NCBI GenBank assembly: GCA_023396555.1
Contig: JAEWWC010000058.1
Location: forward strand, 1-58,103
Source of the DNA: Bacillota bacterium
Lineage (GTDB): Bacteria; Bacillota; Clostridia; Christensenellales; SZUA-584
Direction: 5' to 3'
Length of the DNA: 58,103 nt
The notes under the pieces are model-generated. The model made no database searches and was not told the DNA's origin. It saw only the letters and a list, made by a program, of their open reading frames with translations. The position numbers and the translations under genes are program-made. This document shows, one piece after another, positions 19,573 to 28,869 of this stretch (the stretch's first letter is position 1; each line of letters opens with the position of its first letter).

Positions 19573-22218
19573 ATGAAAAGACGTTTGTTGGTGGGAGCTG
19601 CGGTTATACTGTTGGTGCTCGTGACAGGAGTATCCATCGCTTTGGCTGTGGGCACAGCCAGCGTCAGCTTTTCCGGACCAACCACGGTAGAAGTGGGGAA
19701 AACATATACGTATAACTACACATTGCAGGTTAATTCGGCCTGCGCGGCAAACGCCAATATTGTCGTCGGCGGCGCGTTCGAAAAGTTATCCGGAGGCTCC
19801 GGGATTTTCTATGACTCTATAGAGAAGGGCAACACGACAGCGACCCTTTACGGAAGCGTGACAGTCAGAGTGCGGTCTGACGTGAACGCGGGAACACCCG
19901 GCACGATCACTCTTGGCGACAATAGCAAGGGCATTTATCTGGTATACCAAAACGGGGTGCTGCAAACCCCGGTTGAATTTGATGTGACGGGATCCTTAAC
20001 GGCGGCTGTGGCACCGACCGCGACCGCGACTGCTATCGGCTACGACTCCGTACGTCTGACATGGAACGCGATGACGGGTGCGACGGGGTATGAGATATTC
20101 CGATCTGTAGGAGTGAACGGCGGACTGACACTGTACGATACAACTACGCAGCCATCCTTTTTGGACACCGGGTTAGCCACGGGCACGCCGTACTATTACC
20201 GTATACGGCCTTATAGAATGAATGGGGAGGCAAAAGTATATGGTGGCTTGACGGGAGTTCTGTCGGCAACACCCACGTTGTCTACCGTCACCAATCCTGT
20301 GGCGGCCACAACGGAATACAACGTTATCACGCTGACATGGAACACGGTTCCCGGTGCGACAGGGTATGAAGTATTTCGGTCGGTGGGCGTGAACGGCGGG
20401 CTGACGCTGTACAAGACCATAACCGAGGCGTCCTATCAAGATACTGGGCTGCCGAGTGGCACGACGTGCTATTATCGGATAAGGGCGTATAGGACTGTAG
20501 GATCTACTAAGATATACGGTGGGTTGACCGGCACAGCTTTTTCCACCACAAAGACGCTGGGAACGGTGATAAATGCCAAGGCGGCAACAACAGATTTCAA
20601 TGTCATCACGCTGACATGGAATGCAGTAACAGATGCATCGGGATATGAGATATTCCGGTCTGTGGGAGTGAACGGTGGACTGACGCTGTACAAGACGGTC
20701 ACTGATGCGACCTATGTGGATACGGGACTACTGAGCGGAACAACATACTATTATCGGATAAGGGCCTACCGGACCGTTGGGGAAACAAAGGTGTACGGCG
20801 GCTTGACAGGTACTATCTACTCTACCACGCGGACACTTGGCACCGTAATGAATGCAAAAGCAGTATTGGGCGCCTATGATAGCATAGATGTAACTTGGAA
20901 CGCGGTAGTGGATGCGACGGGGTATGAGATATTCAGGTCTATGGGAGTGAATGGTGGACTGACGCTGTATGATACAACGACTGTGCCGAGCTTTACAGAT
21001 ACTAACTTGACAACGGGTACGCCGTATTATTACCGGATGAGAGCTTATCGTTTGGTGGGTGAAAGCAAGGTGTACGGTGGACTGACGGGAACGGTATCGG
21101 CAACGCCGACACTGGGGACAGTGGTAAACGCAACGGCTGTGGCGGTTAATCCTGTCAGCATCGGTCTGACGTGGAATGCGGTGCCCGGCGCAACAGGGTA
21201 TGAGATATTCCGTTCTGTGGGGGTGAACGGCGGGCTGACACTATACCGGACAATAACCGAGGTATCCTATACTGATACCGGGCTTGTTACCAATACGTCT
21301 CACTATTACCGAATAAGAGCCTATCGTATGGTCGGCGAAACCAAGGTATACGGAGGCTTGACGGGAACGGTATCGGCGATGCCGATACTGGGGACGATAA
21401 CTAACCCAAAAGCGGTGGCAAGCGATCCTGTCAGCATTGATCTGACATGGAATGCGGTGCCCGGCGCAACAGGGTATCAGATATTCCGGTCTGTAGGGGT
21501 GAACGGCGGGCTGACGCTGTATGATACAACGACTGACCCGTCCTATACGGATACAGGGCTAACCACAGGCGTTGCATGCTATTACCGGATGCGCGCTTAC
21601 TGGACGTCGGGTGATACCACGGTTTTCGGAGGCTTGACGGGAACGGTATCGGCGATGCCGATACTGGGGACGATAACTAACCCCAAAGCAGTGGCAAGCG
21701 ATCCTGTTAGCATCGATCTGACATGGAACGCGGTACCCGACGCAACCGGGTATGAGATATTTCGTTCTGTAGGCGTGAACGGTGGGCTGACACTGTACAA
21801 GACCACAACCGATCCGTCCTATACGGATACAGGGCTAACCACAGGCGTTGCATGCTATTACCGGATGCGCGCTTACTGGACGTCGGGTGACACCACAATA
21901 TACGGAGGGCTGACGGGCACGATATCGGCGACGCCGGCTTTAGGTACGGTGACGAATGCAAAAGCTACGGCGAGCAGTTCCGCCCGCGTCGACCTGGCAT
22001 GGAATGCAGTATCCGGTGCGACCGGATATGAGATATTCCGGTCTGTAGGCGTGAACGGCGGACTGACACTGTATAAGACCACAACCGACCCGTCCTATGC
22101 AGATACGGCATTGACCAAGGATGTTATATACTATTACCGGATACGGGCTTACTGGGCATCGGACGGAACCACGATATACGGAGGGTTAACGAACACGGTT
22201 TCGGCAAAGGCAATATGA
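19573..22218 (+). CDS. Secreted or membrane-anchored protein: N-terminal ~120-aa beta-sandwich-like domain followed by 8 tandem fibronectin type III-like modules
   Basis: ATG at 19573 after GGAGG, then MKRRLLVGAAVILLVLVTGVSIALA. Eight ~92-aa units each contain TWNAVPGATGYEIFRSVGVNGGLTLY...TGL..G..YYYRIRAY....T.(V/I)YGGLTG. Confidence 0.85.
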   Translation: MKRRLLVGAAVILLVLVTGVSIALAVGTASVSFSGPTTVEVGKTYTYNYTLQVNSACAANANIVVGGAFEKLSGGSGIFYDSIEKGNTTATLYGSVTVRVRSDVNAGTPGTITLGDNSKGIYLVYQNGVLQTPVEFDVTGSLTAAVAPTATATAIGYDSVRLTWNAMTGATGYEIFRSVGVNGGLTLYDTTTQPSFLDTGLATGTPYYYRIRPYRMNGEAKVYGGLTGVLSATPTLSTVTNPVAATTEYNVITLTWNTVPGATGYEVFRSVGVNGGLTLYKTITEASYQDTGLPSGTTCYYRIRAYRTVGSTKIYGGLTGTAFSTTKTLGTVINAKAATTDFNVITLTWNAVTDASGYEIFRSVGVNGGLTLYKTVTDATYVDTGLLSGTTYYYRIRAYRTVGETKVYGGLTGTIYSTTRTLGTVMNAKAVLGAYDSIDVTWNAVVDATGYEIFRSMGVNGGLTLYDTTTVPSFTDTNLTTGTPYYYRMRAYRLVGESKVYGGLTGTVSATPTLGTVVNATAVAVNPVSIGLTWNAVPGATGYEIFRSVGVNGGLTLYRTITEVSYTDTGLVTNTSHYYRIRAYRMVGETKVYGGLTGTVSAMPILGTITNPKAVASDPVSIDLTWNAVPGATGYQIFRSVGVNGGLTLYDTTTDPSYTDTGLTTGVACYYRMRAYWTSGDTTVFGGLTGTVSAMPILGTITNPKAVASDPVSIDLTWNAVPDATGYEIFRSVGVNGGLTLYKTTTDPSYTDTGLTTGVACYYRMRAYWTSGDTTIYGGLTGTISATPALGTVTNAKATASSSARVDLAWNAVSGATGYEIFRSVGVNGGLTLYKTTTDPSYADTALTKDVIYYYRIRAYWASDGTTIYGGLTNTVSAKAI
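20005..22215 (+). repeat. 8 tandem ~276-bp coding repeats (Fn3-like modules); units 6 and 7 are nearly identical
   Basis: The periodicity is visible in both DNA and protein. The string GGLTGTVSAMPILGTITNPKAVASDPVSIDLTWNAVP occurs twice, 276 bp apart. Confidence 0.9.
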
Positions 22219-22336
22219 CAGAACAAGAATCTAATTATTAACATGGATAGAGTCTGTGCTTCATTAATGCTTAGTGATTTTCAGTAAAGCCAGGCTCTAT
22301 TTTTGTCCGTGTGCCGATTATATGGATAAGAAGTAG

Positions 22337-22365
22337 TTTACACCTGACCGATCAACGTTTAGAAT
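22337..22365 (+). promoter_or_regulatory. Candidate promoter for the glycosyltransferase/polymerase/flippase/pse gene block
   Basis: TTTACA, a 17-nt spacer, then TAGAAT, about 80 nt upstream of the GT2 start. Confidence 0.4.
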
Positions 22366-22445
22366 GTGTTTGCAATGCTAACCGGACTAGATGCTGTTGT
22401 GATACCAGCAATCCAAGCCGGTATATCAGGAGAGGGGACTGCGGA

Positions 22446-23507
22446 GTGGAGAATAGGCCAAAAATCAGCGTTATTATGCCTGTATATAAGGTAGAAGGAT
22501 ATGTCGGAAAGGCGATCGAGAGCATACTGAATCAAACGTTTCAGGATTTTGAGTATCTGGTGGTAGACGACGGCAGCCCGGACGCGTGCGGCGCTATTTG
22601 CGATAAATACGCGGCAAAGGACAGCCGCATCCATGTGATACACAAGGAAAACGGCGGCGCGCCTAGCGCCCGCAACGCGGCAATGGAGCTTGCAAAAGGC
22701 AAGTATTATTACTTTATGGACTCGGACGACTGGGCCAAACCCACGATGCTGGAGGACATGTATGCGCTGGCGGAAGCCAATGAAGCGCAGCTTGTTGTGA
22801 CCGGATATTTTATCGACACGTATTACAGCAGCTCGGAATATATAACGCTGAACATGTCACATCCGGACGCCGTCTATAGCGATAGAGAGGCTTTCAGGAG
22901 GGATGCGTACCGGCTGTTCGACAAGAACCTGCTGTATACGCCATGGAATAAGCTGTTTCTGGCGGATTACCTGAATGAGAATAACATCTGGTTTCCGCAG
23001 ACGTTTTGGGACGACTTTCCGTTCAACCTGAGCGTTGTGCGTGACGTGGGGCGGGTCGTTATCTCGTCAAAGCAGTACTATCATTTTATGAGGGTGCGCG
23101 CGGAGTCGGAAACAGCCAAATATGTGGCCGCGATGTATGACAAGCGAGAGGAGGAGCACGGCTGGATGTTGGAGCTTTACCGGCACTGGGGTATCGATGA
23201 CGAGGCCAGTCGGGAGTTTCTGTCACGGCGGTACATTGAGCGACTGGTCGGGTGCATTGAGAATGTCACGAATAAGAACTGCAGGATGACGGGTAAGGAG
23301 AAAAGGCAGGAGATTCGCAGAATGCTGTCTAATCCGAACGTGCAGGAAAGCCTTGCGCTGGCCCGGCCGCGGTCTATCATGATGAAAATAATGTTGATCC
23401 CGATCAGGTGGAGCAGTGCGGGGCTGACATACCTAGAAAGCCGCATGATTACGTGGGTTAAGTCAAAGAATGCAAGGCTTTTTGCAAGCCTGAAGGCGAA
23501 ACGATGA
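22446..23507 (+). CDS. Glycosyltransferase family 2
   Basis: In-frame GTG at 22446 after AGGAGAGGGGA. PKISVIMPVYKVEGYVGKAIESILNQTFQDFEYLVVDDGSPD ... YYYFMDSDDW (the DxD motif). Confidence 0.85.
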   Translation: MENRPKISVIMPVYKVEGYVGKAIESILNQTFQDFEYLVVDDGSPDACGAICDKYAAKDSRIHVIHKENGGAPSARNAAMELAKGKYYYFMDSDDWAKPTMLEDMYALAEANEAQLVVTGYFIDTYYSSSEYITLNMSHPDAVYSDREAFRRDAYRLFDKNLLYTPWNKLFLADYLNENNIWFPQTFWDDFPFNLSVVRDVGRVVISSKQYYHFMRVRAESETAKYVAAMYDKREEEHGWMLELYRHWGIDDEASREFLSRRYIERLVGCIENVTNKNCRMTGKEKRQEIRRMLSNPNVQESLALARPRSIMMKIMLIPIRWSSAGLTYLESRMITWVKSKNARLFASLKAKR

Positions 23508-23551
23508 ACAGAAAAAGCTGACAATTGAGGCTTCAAACTTTACACATCCTC

Positions 23552-23597
23552 TTTTTAATGCTATTATGATTAGCATAAGAGAGAATAGCATTAAAAA
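23552..23597. terminator. Perfect 14-bp stem hairpin between the two GT2 genes (attenuator or bidirectional terminator-like)
   Basis: TTTTTAATGCTATT, an 18-nt loop, then AATAGCATTAAAAA. The stem is AT-rich with U/A-runs on both sides. Confidence 0.45.
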
Positions 23598-23687
23598 AGT
23601 AGTGGGGGTGGGGCTGAAAGCAGCTGCTACCCTCTATTATTGAGCAGCACCATGTGTTTCGGGTGCGGTTAGTTTGGGGAGAATGAA

Positions 23688-24755
23688 ATGGGAAACATCC
23701 TAATGATCAGTGTGATCATGCCAGTATATAACGTAGAGAATTATCTAGACAAAGCAGTGGAGAGCGTACTAGGTCAGACATACGGCAACCTAGAGCTGAT
23801 TTTGGTGGATGACCGCTCGCCCGATAACTGCAGCAGAAAATGCGACGAGTGGGCAGCTCGGGATATTCGCGTGAAGGTTATACATAAGCCGGTGAATGAA
23901 GGTCTGGGGTTAGCGAGAAACACCGGAATGCAGCTTGCACAAGGCCACTATATTATGTTCATGGATTCGGATGATTGGATCGAAGACGGTATGCTGGAAG
24001 GCATGTTAAAAGCTGCAACAGCCCATAACAGCGATATCGTAATCTGCGGATATTCGCAAGACTATGCCGACAAAGCAGGGAACGTCAACTATTCGGTCCG
24101 TGTCTCAATTCCTGAACTTAAAGCGGATGGACGTCAGGCAGTACTGAAAGCAGCTATCGAAATCGACTATGCTAAGCTTTTTTCATTTGCTTGGAACAAG
24201 CTCTATTCTGCCAATTTGATAAAAAGGAATGGGTGCCTATTCACCAAGACGAAGCTTATTGAGGATTTTCTTTTCAATATAGTAGTGTTTGGATACACGG
24301 AGCGCATTACAGTCATTTCGGAAATTTTTTACCATTACATTAAGCCTCTGCATAGTACACTTCTTTCGGCTTTTTGTGAGAATTACCAGGAAATCATCGA
24401 TTTAAGGTTTGTTAAGGCACAAGAGATTCTTGCAGAAGCCGGAGTTTATAAAGGAAGAACAAGGTCAATGCTTTGCTTTATATATGTGAAGCATATTTTT
24501 GCGCGTCTTGAAAGGGATTGTTGGCCTGAGAGCAAAATGCGCTTGATAGAGAGATATGAGGCAGTGACTAAAATGCTGCTGCTGGAGCCGGTAAAAGAAG
24601 CGGTATGTTTCAGTAAATCTTACTCCACGTCCGGCTTATTGATGAACTTTGTATTAAAAACAAAAAACGCATTTATAATTACTGTTGGTGCCAAGCTCCT
24701 TTGGCTTGTGAAGAATAAATTGCCTAGACTATTTAACGTGATTAAGCAGCACTGA
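23688..24755 (+). CDS. Glycosyltransferase family 2
   Basis: ISVIMPVYNVENYLDKAVESVLGQTYGNLELILVDDRSPD ... YIMFMDSDDW. Confidence 0.85.
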   Translation: MGNILMISVIMPVYNVENYLDKAVESVLGQTYGNLELILVDDRSPDNCSRKCDEWAARDIRVKVIHKPVNEGLGLARNTGMQLAQGHYIMFMDSDDWIEDGMLEGMLKAATAHNSDIVICGYSQDYADKAGNVNYSVRVSIPELKADGRQAVLKAAIEIDYAKLFSFAWNKLYSANLIKRNGCLFTKTKLIEDFLFNIVVFGYTERITVISEIFYHYIKPLHSTLLSAFCENYQEIIDLRFVKAQEILAEAGVYKGRTRSMLCFIYVKHIFARLERDCWPESKMRLIERYEAVTKMLLLEPVKEAVCFSKSYSTSGLLMNFVLKTKNAFIITVGAKLLWLVKNKLPRLFNVIKQH

Positions 24756-24769
24756 AAAAAGGAGATGTA

Positions 24770-27337
24770 ATGGTTGAAATCCACTCCAAGAAAGCGAATG
24801 TGAAGGTGAATGTAAAAAACAAGTATCCACTCGCATTGATCAGAGAATGGTTCATTGTACTTTATATGGTTATATGCATAGCGTGGATGTTCCCGCTGTT
24901 AGGTGATGTACGTAGTTGGATCAGCTGGGCAGTTTCGATCATGGGTGTGCTTTTGATCGTTGGGGATATATTTACTAGCCGTATAGTATTCCGAGCAAAA
25001 TACTGGTATATCAGCATTGCTTTCATGGTTGTATGTGGTGTATCCACACTATTAAATATCGGCGGCGATGTAACGTCCGGTATTAAACAAATGCTCCACT
25101 CTAGTATTTTTTTGTTTTTACTCTACATGCAAGACCCCAAAGCGTCGGAGCAAAACTATCGCAAGCTTTTGTGCAGGATCAATAGCATCATCATTGCAAT
25201 CGCGTTTGTATCAGCAGTATTATCAGTGATCATGTTCTTGATGAGCATCGGATTTTTTATTGAACAGGACGTAGCGATTTACCGTGTCGGTTTTCTGGAA
25301 AACAGATTGTATGGCGTCTATACCAGTCCGAACATAGGGGCCTTGTTCGGTATCATCTCTATTGTGAGCGGATGCATAAATTCTATATTAAAGAACGGAA
25401 AAGCACTTAAGTGGAGCGGGTTTTATGTGGCAAACGCCGTATTCCAGCTTTTCTACTTCATCTTGGCGCTTTCAAACGGGGCGACATTGTCTATTGTTGC
25501 CTTTACCGCTTTGTTCTGTGCCCTATTCGTTTTCAGAAAACTGAGAATAAAGCGAAATAGGTTGATGAGTATACTGCTGAGTTTTGCGTGCTTTGTCGGT
25601 ATTCTGGGTGGGCTATTCGCCGTGACGACAGGTCTAAAGCAGTTATTCCCCCTGCTGAGCAACGCGGTGCATAAGGTCATAGGTATTACTGCTACAGAGG
25701 ATGATATATTTTTGGATGAGAATATCAAAATAGAAAGGGTCGAGTCCGGAGAGGATTTGTCTAACAATCGATTTACCATTTGGTCTGCCGGCATTAAGCT
25801 CTGGGAAAAGCAGCCGGTTTTCGGGCTTAGCCATGCCGATTATAATGAATCACCTATAGTCATGACGGAGAAGATGGCACAAAGCCAACTGACGGATATC
25901 GAGAAGTCTTGGATACAAAAAATCAACGGCAACATGCACAATGTGTATCTGCAGGTGCTTGTTTACAGTGGTATAATGGGTTTTGTGTTGATTGGGGGGA
26001 TCATCCTTCTTGTCATGCTGAGCTACTTGAAATACCTTTTCAGGAACAAGCCGGATAACGAGCATTACTTGTTAATCAGCATTATTTTCTGTACATTAGC
26101 AATGTTGTTAGCCGATGGTTTTGTTGAATCGCATTTGTTGTTCAGCAGGCAAAACGCTATTGGATGCATATTCTGGGTATATGCGGGACTGGGCCTGGTT
26201 TTGATTAATAAACAAGATAGGAAAGACTACGAACAAAAAGGAAAAGGCAACTATGCCTTTGTGTGCGAAACCCCTTACCAAGCGCTTAACCAGATAAACT
26301 TTGTGTTGAATAAGACTGATAAGGATATGAGCTCGGCGGATATATACATACATCACCAGTTTGCGTCTGCACAGGTGATGTCAGACAAGCTTAAGGACGC
26401 AGGTGTTTTTCAAAACGTGATTGATGTCCATCCGTATTTATCAGGCAAAACGAACTTGAACAAGATGCTTACGCTGGGTCGGATTTTATTCTCCAAAGCA
26501 ACGCTCAAACGGCATGTACAAACGGGAAGCATTGATGACAGAGGATACCAGTTTATGGTCTGCTGTTCATACACGATGTTGACGATCAACCTGTTTTTGT
26601 TGCACCAGCCTGGTGTTTTCTTTCTTGAAGACGGAACAGGATCTTACTTTGGCAATATGGAGAAGGACAGCCGATCACGTATCTTCAGCTTTTTCAACCG
26701 CTTCTTCATAAATGGTGCGCTGGATTATCATCCGCAGCGGCTGTATGTCAATAACCCGGCGCTGTGCAAATCCACGATAGCGGAGGAGGTTCGTCCGTTG
26801 CCGCCGCTGGATGCGCAAAACCCGGCGCTTGCGCTGCTGGAGACGATATTTGACTATCAGGATAACCCGGCTTACTCGCAGAAGAAGACTGTCTATCTGA
26901 CACAGCCACTGGAAGAAGTTAAGGGGTACATAGCCGGGAAGCATGAGGTTATGGTCGGGATGCTTGATCCGCACCGGGACAATGTGCTGCTCCGCATACA
27001 TCCGCGTCAGAAGAACGTGTTTGCGGGAGGGCTGCTGGCTGACGAGGTAGGTAACCTGTGGGAGCTGGAATGCATCCGTAATATCACGGACGAGCATGTG
27101 CTGATCGGAGCTTTTTCCACGGCGCAGGTGACGCCCAAGCTGCTTTGTGACAAGGAGCCGTATCTGGTGTTCACCTACAAGCTGTTTTTTGACAATCTGG
27201 ACTCGGAGATGTGGTGCGGAGCCTCCGGGATGATTGAGCAATTTAAGGCGTTCTATCGCCAGACAGGCAAGCTGTTTGTGCCCGAAAGCATGGACGAACT
27301 TCGCAGGATAGTGGATCGACTGGCGGCTAGACGCTAG
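24770..27337 (+). CDS. Fusion protein: N-terminal Wzy/O-antigen-ligase-like polytopic membrane domain plus a C-terminal GT52 (bacterial sialyltransferase family)-like domain
   Basis: RBS AAGGAG precedes the start. Residues ~1-480 hold many TM helices and a Wzy_C-type loop (NRFTIWSAGIKLWEKQPVFGLSHADY...NMHNVYLQVLVYSGIMGF). The C-terminal ~370 aa are soluble and carry FFLEDGTGSYF (D/E-D/E-G motif) and LRIHPRQ (HP motif), as in Neisseria Lst-type GT52 enzymes. Confidence 0.7.
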   Translation: MVEIHSKKANVKVNVKNKYPLALIREWFIVLYMVICIAWMFPLLGDVRSWISWAVSIMGVLLIVGDIFTSRIVFRAKYWYISIAFMVVCGVSTLLNIGGDVTSGIKQMLHSSIFLFLLYMQDPKASEQNYRKLLCRINSIIIAIAFVSAVLSVIMFLMSIGFFIEQDVAIYRVGFLENRLYGVYTSPNIGALFGIISIVSGCINSILKNGKALKWSGFYVANAVFQLFYFILALSNGATLSIVAFTALFCALFVFRKLRIKRNRLMSILLSFACFVGILGGLFAVTTGLKQLFPLLSNAVHKVIGITATEDDIFLDENIKIERVESGEDLSNNRFTIWSAGIKLWEKQPVFGLSHADYNESPIVMTEKMAQSQLTDIEKSWIQKINGNMHNVYLQVLVYSGIMGFVLIGGIILLVMLSYLKYLFRNKPDNEHYLLISIIFCTLAMLLADGFVESHLLFSRQNAIGCIFWVYAGLGLVLINKQDRKDYEQKGKGNYAFVCETPYQALNQINFVLNKTDKDMSSADIYIHHQFASAQVMSDKLKDAGVFQNVIDVHPYLSGKTNLNKMLTLGRILFSKATLKRHVQTGSIDDRGYQFMVCCSYTMLTINLFLLHQPGVFFLEDGTGSYFGNMEKDSRSRIFSFFNRFFINGALDYHPQRLYVNNPALCKSTIAEEVRPLPPLDAQNPALALLETIFDYQDNPAYSQKKTVYLTQPLEEVKGYIAGKHEVMVGMLDPHRDNVLLRIHPRQKNVFAGGLLADEVGNLWELECIRNITDEHVLIGAFSTAQVTPKLLCDKEPYLVFTYKLFFDNLDSEMWCGASGMIEQFKAFYRQTGKLFVPESMDELRRIVDRLAARR

Positions 27338-27441
27338 TAATGTGCTAAAAATCTGCTATTCTTTGACCTGCACCTGTGGTAGTATTAATCGGAATTGCGT
27401 AGAGCACCACTAATCAATAGAGAACGGAACGAACCGAAGAT

Positions 27442-28869
27442 ATGGGTCTTAAAAATATACTATCAGGCATGGTAAAATCCAAAAGCGAAAACACGCTGGC
27501 GTTCTTTAACATATTAGGGCCGGTCGTCTTAAACGGCATCAACTTCTTTACGATTCCGATATTTACCCGCATGCTGGGGCCTGCAAACTTTGCTATCGTA
27601 CAGGTATATATCGCATGGGTTCAGATACTGACGCTGATCATCGGACTGCAGACCGTTTCATCTATCGGCGTGGCACGCGTTCACATCAGTGCGGATAAGC
27701 AGACGCAGTATCGGTCGAGCATACTCAGCCTGTCTTTCGTTTCGCTCATCGGGGTCAGCCTGCTGCTGCTGATATTTATTAGGCCGGTGACCCGCTTCCT
27801 GAATCTGAGTACCGTAATGGTTGGCATCATGATACTGCAAAGCTTTGGCGCGTATGTGATTTCGTTCGCGACTACAACATTTACGTATGACAAAAAAGCA
27901 CAGAAGACATTTCTGCTGTCTGTATCGACCGCGTTCGCCACGGTAGCGCTGTCGCTTGTGCTGCTGTTCCTGACGCCGGACAATGGCTCGGACAAGGCGT
28001 TCGCGCGCATCTGGGGCATCGCCCTTCCCAACGCCCTCATCGGCGCTGTGCTCTTTGCCATCTTTTTGGTGCGTGGCAAGACGACCTTTTCCAGGGAGTA
28101 TTGGAAGTTCTGCCTGCCGCTGGCACTGCCCCTGATATTTCATGGCCTGTCACACATTATTCTTTCGCAAACTGGCAAGGTGATGCTCCAGAAGATGGTG
28201 AACAACGATGTGGCGGGGGTATACAGCTTCGTCGTTGTGCTGACAGGCTTGGTCAATGTGATATGGGTGGCGCTTAACAACACATGGGTCCCGTTTTACT
28301 ATGACGATATGAACAACGGCGATAGAGAGCTTGTCGTAAAGAAAACACGTAACTATACGCTGCTGTTCACCGCGTTGACAGCGGGGTTTATACTGCTGTC
28401 TCCCGAGGTGGCGATGCTATTCGCTTCGCCGGAGTTCTGGAGCGGTATCGATCTGATACCTGTATGCACCGTCAGTATGTTCATGGTATTCCTGTATAGC
28501 TTTCCGGTTAACTTCCAGATGTTTCACAAGAAGTCCATTCATGTGGCTGTGGGTACAGCGCTGGCGGCTGCCATCAATATCGTGCTTAATTTGCTGCTGA
28601 TACCTTCCCTAGGTATGCTGGGGACGGCGGTAGCTACGATGGCGGCGTATACCGCGTTATTCATATTTCATCAGTTGATTGCCAAATACGTTATTCGGCA
28701 GGGGTATCACTTCAGCGCACGGGACTATGCGCCTGCTATCCTGGCGGTGGGCGCCAGCGTGGCGGTATTCTATCTGCTGAAGGATTTCTGGTATATCCGC
28801 TGGGCGATGGGGGCGGCAATGGGCGTATGGCTGCTTCGGCGGATCATAAAGAACAAGACGATATTCTAA
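27442..28869 (+). CDS. wzx: Wzx-type oligosaccharide flippase (MOP superfamily polysaccharide biosynthesis protein)
   Basis: 475 aa with about 12-14 TM helices. The N-terminus LAFFNILGPVVLNGINFFTIPIFTRMLGPANFAIV is typical of this family. Confidence 0.75.
   Translation: MGLKNILSGMVKSKSENTLAFFNILGPVVLNGINFFTIPIFTRMLGPANFAIVQVYIAWVQILTLIIGLQTVSSIGVARVHISADKQTQYRSSILSLSFVSLIGVSLLLLIFIRPVTRFLNLSTVMVGIMILQSFGAYVISFATTTFTYDKKAQKTFLLSVSTAFATVALSLVLLFLTPDNGSDKAFARIWGIALPNALIGAVLFAIFLVRGKTTFSREYWKFCLPLALPLIFHGLSHIILSQTGKVMLQKMVNNDVAGVYSFVVVLTGLVNVIWVALNNTWVPFYYDDMNNGDRELVVKKTRNYTLLFTALTAGFILLSPEVAMLFASPEFWSGIDLIPVCTVSMFMVFLYSFPVNFQMFHKKSIHVAVGTALAAAINIVLNLLLIPSLGMLGTAVATMAAYTALFIFHQLIAKYVIRQGYHFSARDYAPAILAVGASVAVFYLLKDFWYIRWAMGAAMGVWLLRRIIKNKTIF

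Noticed and set aside
20005-22215. Regular ~276-bp periodic repeats that could superficially suggest a repeat array or CRISPR
   Set aside because: The period is far too long, there are no unique spacers, and the repeats are in frame, encoding Fn3 modules of one long ORF.
22219-22310. Possible terminator after the Fn3 gene (ATAGAGTCTG...CAGGCTCTATTTTT)
   Set aside because: The stem has a wobble and a ~35-nt loop. It is too weak to call with confidence.
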